In this document: positions 19,056-27,009 of the stretch, in pieces | Layout of the letters: every line of letters starts with the position of its first letter | Numbering within the stretch: the first letter of the stretch is position 1 | NCBI GenBank assembly: GCA_017542055.1 | Contig: JAFXXW010000001.1 | Coordinates: 1 to 59,959 of the forward strand | DNA length: 59,959 bases | Reading direction: 5' to 3' | Source of the DNA: Kiritimatiellia bacterium | Lineage (GTDB): Bacteria; Verrucomicrobiota; Kiritimatiellia; RFP12; UBA1067 | Made by a program: the position numbers and the translations under genes | The notes under the pieces: generated by a model | What the model saw: only the letters and a program-made list of their open reading frames with translations | The model's database searches: none | What the model was told of the DNA's origin: nothing

Positions 19056-19202
19056 GCTCCCGCTCCTTTCATTGGTAATTGGATTTGGACTTGGCAACAT
19101 TTCCATATTGGCAACATTTCCCTCTCCCCCTACGCAGAGCGGCGGAGGACAAGGCGGAGGACAAGTTGATTCGTGCAAAGGGGTTCATGGGTTGCTCCTT
19201 TA

Positions 19203-19553
19203 TTATGTCCACTTGAAGTAACATAGCGCACCCATGCCGAGTAAAAGCCAGAGACAGGCCATTATGGCAAAGATAATCCGTATCGCGCGATTTCGCCATT
19301 TCACCCACAAAACGCCTGCGCCAAACAACACAAGTGGGGAAATGACATCCCAGAGCCATCCAAAATCAGAGGGCACGCAAGGCAGAATATGCCGCGCCCA
19401 AGGCCCTGTCACGGCGGCAAGATAGCACATCATACGGCTTGTTGCCGCCGTCATCCCATTGTGTTCTGGATGCATTGTCGCCGTCCAAAGGGAAAGCACA
19501 AGGCAAAAAGCAACAGGAACATACGACCGATGCAGTCTAACAGGAGTACGCAT
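19203..19553 (-). CDS. Small membrane protein
   Basis: 116 aa, hydrophobic; GGAGGGGG RBS. Confidence 0.6.
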   Translation of the reverse strand: MRTPVRLHRSYVPVAFCLVLSLWTATMHPEHNGMTAATSRMMCYLAAVTGPWARHILPCVPSDFGWLWDVISPLVLFGAGVLWVKWRNRAIRIIFAIMACLWLLLGMGALCYFKWT

Positions 19554-19682
19554 GATTAGATCCCCTCCATTGGTTATTGGATATTGGATATTTGCACATT
19601 TTCACATTTCCCTCTCCCCCTACGCAGAGCGGCGGAGGAAAAGTTGATTCGTGCAAAGTGTTTCATGGGTTGCTCATTTCGG

Positions 19683-20015
19683 CTATTTCGTTTCGATTCG
19701 TGCGCCGCAATGGACGCAAACGACCGGTTCGCTTTTGGCAATGGCGCGATAGCGTGCGCGGTTCTCCTTGTCAAAGGAATCGCGGTGCGGTATTGCAACC
19801 CGCTGTCCGCATTTCGGGCAAAGCAGATTGTCATAGGCCGACCATTCAAAAACTGCCGCCACCGCGCCAACCACGATAAGCAATGTCACGGCAATTGCGG
19901 CACCAAGTGTACCGCCTATAAAAATATTGCAGCAATGAAATGCGACCATGGCAAGCACGATGAAGACAATACCCAATCTGCAATATAGCCTGAACTTCCT
20001 GAAATCCGATTTCAT
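19683..20015 (-). CDS. Small membrane zinc-ribbon protein (start MKSDFRK)
   Basis: AAAGGAG RBS; two TM segments, CPKCG...CVHCG; ends IETK*. Confidence 0.75.
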   Translation of the reverse strand: MKSDFRKFRLYCRLGIVFIVLAMVAFHCCNIFIGGTLGAAIAVTLLIVVGAVAAVFEWSAYDNLLCPKCGQRVAIPHRDSFDKENRARYRAIAKSEPVVCVHCGARIETK

Positions 20016-20028
20016 CAAACTTCTCCTT

Positions 20029-21201
20029 TCACTTCGTCTCCCGCAAGGCCGTGCAACGCAATTTCTTTGAGCGGCGGCCAAGTATCGCGCCGAGGGCGAG
20101 GCATGCCGCAATCGGACCCACACCACAAGAAAGAAAATCAAAGGCTAATGCGTTCAGCATAGGGAACGCGAGCAGAAACAGCCCGACGATGCCTGAATAC
20201 ACACTCATGAGTCCGATTCGATCCCTTATGCGCAAATCCGGCCACGCAAACGAAGTGTACGTAAGAAATCCAATTGCAATGGGAACAATGCCGCACAAAT
20301 ACCCCGTCGCAAGCCCAAGTGTCTCAAAAAACGCTTGCGCAAGGGACGAAACCGCAACAAACGCGAAAAAGAGACCAATGAATCTTGCATGTCCAATGCG
20401 CCGCTCGACAGCGGCAAGCGGAATGAAAAGCAGAAATGCGCAAAACAACGCCATTCTGCCCGATGTCTGCACAAACGGGAAAGTAAGCGCGTTCAGCGGC
20501 GCGGACAGGTCGAAGCCGTATTTCTCGGCCATGCTCGCGCTGATGTACCAGAAGTCGCGATATCTGGAGGGAAACCGTATTGCGTAACTTGCTGCATGCA
20601 AATCATGAAATCGATAGTATATGCAGACCTGCGCAACTGGCAAGGCAAGTGTCATCAGAATCGTGAAAATCGGCGACACTGGTTTAACCGCCCGCCATAG
20701 TGTAGGCACTCCGATAACGAGACGCGCTATGTCGCGCAAGACGTCCCCAATGTCGAAATCGGCAGGCGAGACTTCCTCCGGCAGGGATTCCAGCAGCGCG
20801 TCGGCGTAGCGTTCGCGCGCCTCCGGCGAAGCCTGCGCAACAAGTTCCCGCATGGACCTCTCGCCCGACTTCGGCAGGGGCGGCGCAAGCGTCTCGTATT
20901 CACCCTTGTCGCACCAAACGGAAAGACAGCGCCCGCAAACATCTATCTCCAGCTTGTTCTTCCCGTCGCCGACTTTCAAAAGGCTCATGCTACCTCCGCA
21001 ACCTGGGCATGTGCATCCGGCGTGTTCAGCGGCACGGGCCGAGCGCGTCAACGCGGCTATGCTTCTCGCATCCAGCGATTCGCGGAGCACGGGAAGCGTA
21101 ACGGCGACACCGCCACAGGATGCGCAACGAAAGCAAACCTTGCCGGTCGGTGTCGAGCTGCGCACGAGCTCGCGTCCGCATCTGGGGCAAATCCCCATCA
21201 T
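20029..21201 (-). CDS. zf-TFIIB double zinc-finger plus rhomboid-like membrane protein
   Basis: Start MMGICPRCG overlaps the upstream TGA; CPGCG...LEIDVCGRCLSVWCDKGE; VERRIGHARFIGLF rhomboid-like segment with a degenerate GxSG site. Confidence 0.7.
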   Translation of the reverse strand: MMGICPRCGRELVRSSTPTGKVCFRCASCGGVAVTLPVLRESLDARSIAALTRSARAAEHAGCTCPGCGGSMSLLKVGDGKNKLEIDVCGRCLSVWCDKGEYETLAPPLPKSGERSMRELVAQASPEARERYADALLESLPEEVSPADFDIGDVLRDIARLVIGVPTLWRAVKPVSPIFTILMTLALPVAQVCIYYRFHDLHAASYAIRFPSRYRDFWYISASMAEKYGFDLSAPLNALTFPFVQTSGRMALFCAFLLFIPLAAVERRIGHARFIGLFFAFVAVSSLAQAFFETLGLATGYLCGIVPIAIGFLTYTSFAWPDLRIRDRIGLMSVYSGIVGLFLLAFPMLNALAFDFLSCGVGPIAACLALGAILGRRSKKLRCTALRETK

Positions 21202-21812
21202 TTGGCTGATTTCCTTTCTCTGCACAAGTATAGCCCCGAGGAGCAGATCGCGCCGAGGGTGTCGCAGAGGATGTCCTTCTGCGCGTCCCATACGTCGCCC
21301 TGCGAACCGAGGAACGCCGCCCCCGCCTCTCCTCCGTCGACAACCGCGTACCACCACTCGACGAGCTCCCATATCCCGGCCATTGCGACAGTAGACATGA
21401 CGGCAAAGAACGCAGCAAAGCCGGCGGACTTCGCCCAGCCCTTGCGGAAGAAGAGCTCGGCGAGCGGGAACGCAAACCATCCGACCGCAAAGTGCGCGAT
21501 GCGGTCGTAGGGATTGCGCACGAGCCCAAGCGGCTTCATCAGCCATTCCATCGGGACATGCTCGAACGTGTAGTGCGCGCCGACGAGCTGAAGGACCGTC
21601 CATACGAAGAAGCAGAGGTAGGCTGGCGTGGAGAAGCGGAACTTCCTGCGCGTCAGGAGAAGAATAGCCCACAGCCCGACCGCCCACACCATCTCGACGC
21701 ACCACACCGTCCTGTCGGCGGGGTAGATGCCCAGCACGACCGCCACGCACACAAGCGCGGCGACCATCCACAAATCCCGATAACTGTACAATATTGAATT
21801 GCCCATTTGCAT
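21198..21812 (-). CDS. DUF2238 (YjdF) membrane protein
   Basis: Motifs GAHYTF, RNPYDRIAHF, WELVEW, FLGSQGDVWDAQKD. Confidence 0.9.
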   Translation of the reverse strand: MQMGNSILYSYRDLWMVAALVCVAVVLGIYPADRTVWCVEMVWAVGLWAILLLTRRKFRFSTPAYLCFFVWTVLQLVGAHYTFEHVPMEWLMKPLGLVRNPYDRIAHFAVGWFAFPLAELFFRKGWAKSAGFAAFFAVMSTVAMAGIWELVEWWYAVVDGGEAGAAFLGSQGDVWDAQKDILCDTLGAICSSGLYLCRERKSAK

Positions 21813-21819
21813 TACAAGT

Positions 21820-22332
21820 TCATTTCTGCTCTACCCAAATCAACTTGCCCGTATCGTAGCCACGACGTTTGGCTTCGGATAGAAGTTCGGACTTCGCGGT
21901 TTCAGACAGTCCAGACGTGCGCGAGAGAATCCAGAGATAGTCCGCACTGCCGCTACCGACGAGTGCGCATGTGTAGTCCTTGTCGATCAGCATCACGCGG
22001 TAGTCGGCGTAGAACGGGCCGAAGAACGAGACGCGCAGGAGTCCGGGCGTGTCTGTCGTCTTGCCGTTCCCGATCGCCGTCTTCGGCTTGCTGTCCTTGA
22101 TGCCGGAGTTCACGACCTTGATCGTACCGTCCGCGTTCAGCGTATAGTTGGCCTTCGCCTGCTCCACGCCGCGCTCGAAGCTGTGGTCGAACCGTGCGAT
22201 CTCGTACCACTCGCCGAGATAGCGGTTCAGGTCAAGCGCCGCCACGGGCGTATTGTCAACTTTCAAAGTGCTCGCGCACCCCGCCGCTAGGGCGAGGGAT
22301 GTGACGAGGATCATTCGTGCAAATGGTTTCAT
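21820..22332 (-). CDS. blc: Bacterial lipocalin (Blc-like) lipoprotein
   Basis: LDLNRYLGEWYEIAR, LRVSFFGPFYADY, YLWILSR; signal peptide MKPFARMILVTSLALAAGC begins with the type B repeat. Confidence 0.88.
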   Translation of the reverse strand: MKPFARMILVTSLALAAGCASTLKVDNTPVAALDLNRYLGEWYEIARFDHSFERGVEQAKANYTLNADGTIKVVNSGIKDSKPKTAIGNGKTTDTPGLLRVSFFGPFYADYRVMLIDKDYTCALVGSGSADYLWILSRTSGLSETAKSELLSEAKRRGYDTGKLIWVEQK

Positions 22333-22518
22333 GGGTTGCTCCTTTCTTGTTGAATGTGGAAATGTGCAAATATCCAACAGCCAGCAGCCAATATCCAATT
22401 TGCCCCGCCATCATTGAATAATGGATACTGGATATTGGATACTGGATATTTGCACATTTTCACATTTCCCTCTCCTCTCGCGCGAGGGATGAGACGAGGA
22501 TCATTCGTGCAAATGGTT

Positions 22519-24270
22519 TCATGGATTGTTTCCTTTCTTGATTTCGCTATCCTTTAGCCACGACTTCATCTCGCGCGGGAAGTTGGTTTCGAGGATGGTG
22601 AAGCCGTGTTCGACTAGCCAGCCCCAGCCGTCCTCCGGCGAACCTGTGAGCGACGCGCGGTCGTCGTGTCCGGCCGTGTGGTTGTGCCAAGTTGCCGCCA
22701 CGAATGCACGAGAGCCGCTCTCAAGAATCCTCGGCAGCAACGCGAACGTGCACGTATCGGTAGAGGCGAAGCGGAACTGGAACGCGAAAGGCTTGAAGTT
22801 GGCAAGCCACTCGTCGACATACGTGTCGAGGTTCGCGATCTTGTCCTCGATTACCGGACAGTAAACCACCTTTTCAAGGTCGTCGCCAAACACCGCCCTC
22901 GCCTTTTCGTAGGGCCAATCGAGCACAAACAACGTCTCTTCCAGCGTTCCGCACTTCTTCGCGAGTTCGAGAATCTGCGGGACGAGCGCGCCACCGTCCT
23001 GTCCGGCCTTGTCGAGATAGAGCCGCACCCTGCCCTTGGCGGAGAGCATGTATTCCTCAAGCGTCGGAATCTTCTCCGCCGTCGTCTGGCCGAGCGCATC
23101 GCGCAGATTGAGCCGCTTTATCTCCTCCAGCGTCATGTCGGAGACATACCCCTGTCCGTTAGTCACCCGCGCGACATGCGGATCGTGCAGAATCACCAGC
23201 TGGCCGTCCTTCGTGCGCCGAACGTCCGTCTCGACGATATCGACCCCGTAGCGGATGGCGTTCTCAAGCGCGGCAAGCGAATTTTCCGGCGCAAGCTTCC
23301 AGTCCGCCCGATGGCTAGCCACCAGCACCTTATTTGCTGCCGGGCCAAGCGAGTGGCGACCGTTTCGCGTCAGATACAGTATGAGCTCGGCGCCGCAATC
23401 GGTCTGTATCAGCGTCGCGCCCTCACGGAGGCACCACCCCCAATTGGTGGCAGGGTCGAGCAAGGCGCGGCAATCGGAATGTGCCGCCGAGAGGTCATCC
23501 CACATCGCATTCAACCAAAGCCGGGGCGCATTCGGTGCCTTGCGCAGTTCGCCCAGCACGGACGCCACCCTGTCTGCATCGTCAAAGCATATCTCGTAAA
23601 CGGAAGCCTTGCGCGGTTCCTCTGCAAGCCATTTCGGAAATATCCCGGCGGCATGTGCATGGTGCGACCAGCAAAACTGCACGACCGGCATGAAGATGAG
23701 TTCCCCGCTTTCGGCAAGCGGCCAGTATTCTCCTAGAAGCGCTTTCGCCGCTTCCGGCGACTCGGTTGATTTGATGATCACTTCTTTTGTCGCGCCAGCC
23801 GCCGTTACAACAGCAAGAATCTCCTGCGGATGTTCTGCAAACCTGTCTATGTTGACGAGGATTCTGCCCTTCGTCAATTCGAGCGCGTCCTCAAGCGTAA
23901 GGATGCCTTCGTCTGTCGTCTTGCCGTCCTTCACGAACCGAAGCGACTGCAACTCCTCCAGCGTCATGTCTTCGACCGCGCCATGGCCGTTGGTGACTCG
24001 ATCTACATCCGCATCATGCATCAGCACAAACCGCCCGTCCTTCGTTCGCCGCGCATCAATCTCGACAATGTCCGCGCCGAGCGCGATAGCCGAAAGGATG
24101 GCCGAGCGGCTGTTTTCCGGGAAGTTGCGCCAGTCGCCGCGATGCATCGCCACGAACACATACTCGCGGTCGCCGGACAGGAACTTCGCCCGAAGCGCCT
24201 CCGTTCGCGTCGCACCAAACGACACGGCGGCAAGTGCCGCCGCCATTGCAACAAGTAAAAGTCTTTTCAA
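22519..24270 (-). CDS. Secreted glycerophosphodiester phosphodiesterase with two tandem GDPD domains
   Basis: Two copies of HRGD/HRAD..PENS...GADIVEID/GVDIVETD.RRTKDG...HD; signal peptide. Confidence 0.9.
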   Translation of the reverse strand: MKRLLLVAMAAALAAVSFGATRTEALRAKFLSGDREYVFVAMHRGDWRNFPENSRSAILSAIALGADIVEIDARRTKDGRFVLMHDADVDRVTNGHGAVEDMTLEELQSLRFVKDGKTTDEGILTLEDALELTKGRILVNIDRFAEHPQEILAVVTAAGATKEVIIKSTESPEAAKALLGEYWPLAESGELIFMPVVQFCWSHHAHAAGIFPKWLAEEPRKASVYEICFDDADRVASVLGELRKAPNAPRLWLNAMWDDLSAAHSDCRALLDPATNWGWCLREGATLIQTDCGAELILYLTRNGRHSLGPAANKVLVASHRADWKLAPENSLAALENAIRYGVDIVETDVRRTKDGQLVILHDPHVARVTNGQGYVSDMTLEEIKRLNLRDALGQTTAEKIPTLEEYMLSAKGRVRLYLDKAGQDGGALVPQILELAKKCGTLEETLFVLDWPYEKARAVFGDDLEKVVYCPVIEDKIANLDTYVDEWLANFKPFAFQFRFASTDTCTFALLPRILESGSRAFVAATWHNHTAGHDDRASLTGSPEDGWGWLVEHGFTILETNFPREMKSWLKDSEIKKGNNP

Positions 24271-24297
24271 TGCCGCAATCCTTTCGTTATAGTATAT

Positions 24298-24326
24298 ATT
24301 ATATCATATTTCCACCCGAAAAGCAA
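24298..24326 (-). promoter_or_regulatory. sigma70 promoter at the head of the cassette array
   Basis: TTGCTT-N17-TATAAT with TG extended -10. Confidence 0.75.
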
Positions 24327-24370
24327 GGAGAAAGCGAAAGCAACCCCCCGCCCCTTCTTTACCCTTTCGG

Positions 24371-26611
24371 TCAAGCGATGCCGTCCAACCCGAGGAAGTC
24401 GGCGACGCGGGAGAGGAGCGAGGGGGCGTCGGCGGCGAGGTGCAATGTGGCGGGAATCGAGCGCTTGAAGGCGGCGCCGTAGCTCTTGGTGGCGATCCGG
24501 GGATCGGTGACCACCACCACTCCGCGATCTTTGCGCGTGCGGATGAGTCGACCGAAACCCTGGCGGAACTGGATGACGGCTTCGGGCAGGAGATACTCCC
24601 GGAAGGAACTCCCGCCCGACCGGTCGATGCGCTCGGCCCGCGCCTCCACGATGGGGTCGCCCACCTGGGCGAACGGCAGGCGCGTGAGCACCACGCAGGA
24701 GAGCGCCTCGCCCGCCACGTCCACGCCCTCCCAGAAACTCTTGGCCCCGAACAGCACCACCGGCGAGTCGGCCGTCTTGAGCCGTCGCGTCATGGCTTCG
24801 CGGCTCAACCCCTCGCCCTGCACGAACAGCCGTACGCCGTCTTGCGCCAGATCGTCCCGCACGAGCGAGGCGGCGAGCGCCATCATCTCGTAGCTCGTGA
24901 AGAGCACCAGCATCCGCCCCCGGGAAACCCGGACGAGCGAGCGCAGGAACCGGCACAGTCCGGCCGCGTATTCGCGCGGACGCACGGAGGGGTCGGGCAG
25001 GAAGTCGCCCGCCACCGTCAGACACTGGCGGAAGTAGTCGAAAGGACTTTGCGCGTAGACCATCCGGAAGCGTTCGTCGCAACCGAGCCGGCGCGCCATG
25101 TACTTGAAATCGTTGCCCGTCCGGAGCGTGGCCGAAGCGAGCACCACCGAGTCGCGCGGGCGATAGAGGAGTTCGGCCAGCTGCGGACCCACGTCCAGCG
25201 GCGCGCGCACGAGTCGCACGTAGGCGGGACGCTTTTCCGGGTGCATCTTCTCCACCCAGTAGACGTGGGTGTCGCGGTCGGCCAGAATGGCGGCCCACGC
25301 GCCCGTCATGAATTCCCGGAGACTCCCGGCCACGCCGGCGAGCTGGAGCCCGAGGTCGGTATCGGGTCCGGCGATTTCGCCCAGTTGCGACAGTCTCAGC
25401 TGCAGCTCCGCCCAGGTCTGTTCGAAGCGCCGGTACGCGGCGAGCATTTCCGCTTCGTTCCAGTCGTCGGGGTCGTAGTCCTTGAACACGCCCTTCACCG
25501 AAAAACCGCGCCGGCCCTGGTCCACCCGGTAGCGCAAGATGCCGTCGCCCTTGACGGGCTTGAGGAGTAGGGCGAAAATCTCCGCGAGACCCTCCGCCGC
25601 GTAGACGAGCCGGCCGCAGAAATCCTTGGCCTCGCCGGAGAGCCGGGCCGTCGTTTCGAAGTCCGCCCCGGGCGGCAGCCGGCCCGCGGCGAGCGACTGG
25701 TCCAGCTTGGCCAACGCGCCGCCCGGTCGCGCGTGGCGTCCCTTGCCGGTGCGGACGAGCCGGTTGAGGATGCGGGCGAGTTCCGGCACCGAAAACTCCG
25801 TGCTGAAATATTCGGTGGCCACCTGCTCCAGGTTGTGCGCCTCGTCGAGGACGATCCGGCCGTAGGGCGGGAGCGTGTCCGACATGACGAGCGCGTGGTT
25901 GGCCACCAGGAGATGCGCCTTGGCCGCCCGCTCGCGCGCCCGGTAGACGAAACACTTGCGGTAGTAGGGACAGTGCCGGACGCTGCAGTCCTCGCCGGGA
26001 CAGCTGATGAGCGTGCGGTCGTAGCCTTCGTACTGGTCGAGGTCGCCGTCGGGCGTGGACTTGAGCCACTCGATGAAATGGGGGAGTTCCGCCTGGTCCT
26101 CCTTGGACATCGTCCAGTAGCCGGACGCGAAAAAATCCCCGATGGCGCGCAGACACGCGTAGTTGGCGCGGCCCTTCAAAATGGCCACCTTGAAGTCCGG
26201 CCGGTTCACCGTCTGGAGCGCGCGCGGGATGTCCTCGTTCAACAGCTGGCTCTGGAGATTGCGCGTCACGGTGGAAACCACCACGGTGGTGTCGTTGCGC
26301 GCCGCCCACTGCACCGCCGGAATCAGATACGCCAGACTCTTCCCCACGCCGGTGCCCGCCTCCACCATCAGATGTTCGCGCTCGTTGAAGGCGTTGGCCA
26401 CCGCCTTGAGCATCGCGAGCTGGCCGGGGCGCTCTTCGTAGCCGGGCATGCGGCCCAGCGTGCCGCCTTGCATGAGATGGGTGGCGGAGGCGGCGAGGTC
26501 CAACCGCTCGCAGTCCTCGTGCGCCGGCACGATGTGGCACCGGACGCCCTCCTGGAGGTCGGGCAGGAACTGGAACCAGTCGGGACGGTCGATGAATTCG
26601 GCCGGACTCAC
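24371..26611 (-). CDS. dinG: DinG/YoaA-family ATP-dependent helicase
   Basis: EAGTGVGKS, LKGRANYAC, Fe-S cysteines, DEAH, SATL, FWEGVD, QGFGRLIR; GTG start inferred from overlap with the HIT stop. Confidence 0.9.
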   Translation of the reverse strand: MSPAEFIDRPDWFQFLPDLQEGVRCHIVPAHEDCERLDLAASATHLMQGGTLGRMPGYEERPGQLAMLKAVANAFNEREHLMVEAGTGVGKSLAYLIPAVQWAARNDTTVVVSTVTRNLQSQLLNEDIPRALQTVNRPDFKVAILKGRANYACLRAIGDFFASGYWTMSKEDQAELPHFIEWLKSTPDGDLDQYEGYDRTLISCPGEDCSVRHCPYYRKCFVYRARERAAKAHLLVANHALVMSDTLPPYGRIVLDEAHNLEQVATEYFSTEFSVPELARILNRLVRTGKGRHARPGGALAKLDQSLAAGRLPPGADFETTARLSGEAKDFCGRLVYAAEGLAEIFALLLKPVKGDGILRYRVDQGRRGFSVKGVFKDYDPDDWNEAEMLAAYRRFEQTWAELQLRLSQLGEIAGPDTDLGLQLAGVAGSLREFMTGAWAAILADRDTHVYWVEKMHPEKRPAYVRLVRAPLDVGPQLAELLYRPRDSVVLASATLRTGNDFKYMARRLGCDERFRMVYAQSPFDYFRQCLTVAGDFLPDPSVRPREYAAGLCRFLRSLVRVSRGRMLVLFTSYEMMALAASLVRDDLAQDGVRLFVQGEGLSREAMTRRLKTADSPVVLFGAKSFWEGVDVAGEALSCVVLTRLPFAQVGDPIVEARAERIDRSGGSSFREYLLPEAVIQFRQGFGRLIRTRKDRGVVVVTDPRIATKSYGAAFKRSIPATLHLAADAPSLLSRVADFLGLDGIA

Positions 26612-27009
26612 TGGAATCTCAGCCGATCCGCCAGCGCCGCCAGTTCCGCCATGTCGCCCGGATGCGGCACGAAGTCGAGCGCGCCCCCTTGGTACCGGGG
26701 AATGATGTGGAAATGGAGATGCTTCACGGTTTGGCCGGCGGCCTCGCCGTTGTTCTGGAGAATGTTGAAGCCGTCGCAGGGGAGCGCGGTCTTGAGGTGC
26801 GCGGCCACTTTCCGGACGGCCGCCATCACTGTCGCGAGCGTATCCGCGCCCGTGTCGAGGAGACACGAAGAATGGACCTTGGGGATGACGAGCGTGTGGC
26901 CCGGCGAGAACGGATTGATGTCCAGATACGCGAGAACCTTGTCGTCCTCGTAGACCTTGAAGGAAGGAATTTCGCCGGCGGCGATTTTGCAGAAGATGCA
27001 GTCGTTCAT
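26608..27009 (-). CDS. HIT family protein
   Basis: DCIFCKI...GHTLVIPK...HLHFHIIP. Confidence 0.95.
   Translation of the reverse strand: MNDCIFCKIAAGEIPSFKVYEDDKVLAYLDINPFSPGHTLVIPKVHSSCLLDTGADTLATVMAAVRKVAAHLKTALPCDGFNILQNNGEAAGQTVKHLHFHIIPRYQGGALDFVPHPGDMAELAALADRLRFQ

Larger units (their letters stand above)
6651..22540 (-). repeat. Type B junction repeat family (AAAGGAGCAACCCATGAAACCATTTGCACGAAT...GCGTAGGGGGAGAGGGAAATGTGAAAATGTGCAAATATCCAA)
   Basis: Copies with ATG at 6773, 19188, 19666, 22332 and 22522; they encode MKPFAR / MNPFAR / MKHFAR starts. Confidence 0.9.

Noticed and set aside
585-22540. Classical integron / attC array
   Set aside because: Junction repeats lack RYYYAAC...GTTRRRY boxes and overall dyad symmetry, and there is no IntI in the window. 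A covariance-model scan would be needed to exclude it formally.
585-22540. CRISPR array
   Set aside because: Repeats are separated by whole genes (0.3-4 kb) and vary in length; no cas genes.
24267-26540. 757-aa Arg/Gly-rich minus-strand ORF
   Set aside because: Alternative frame overlapping dinG, with composition typical of an off-frame read.
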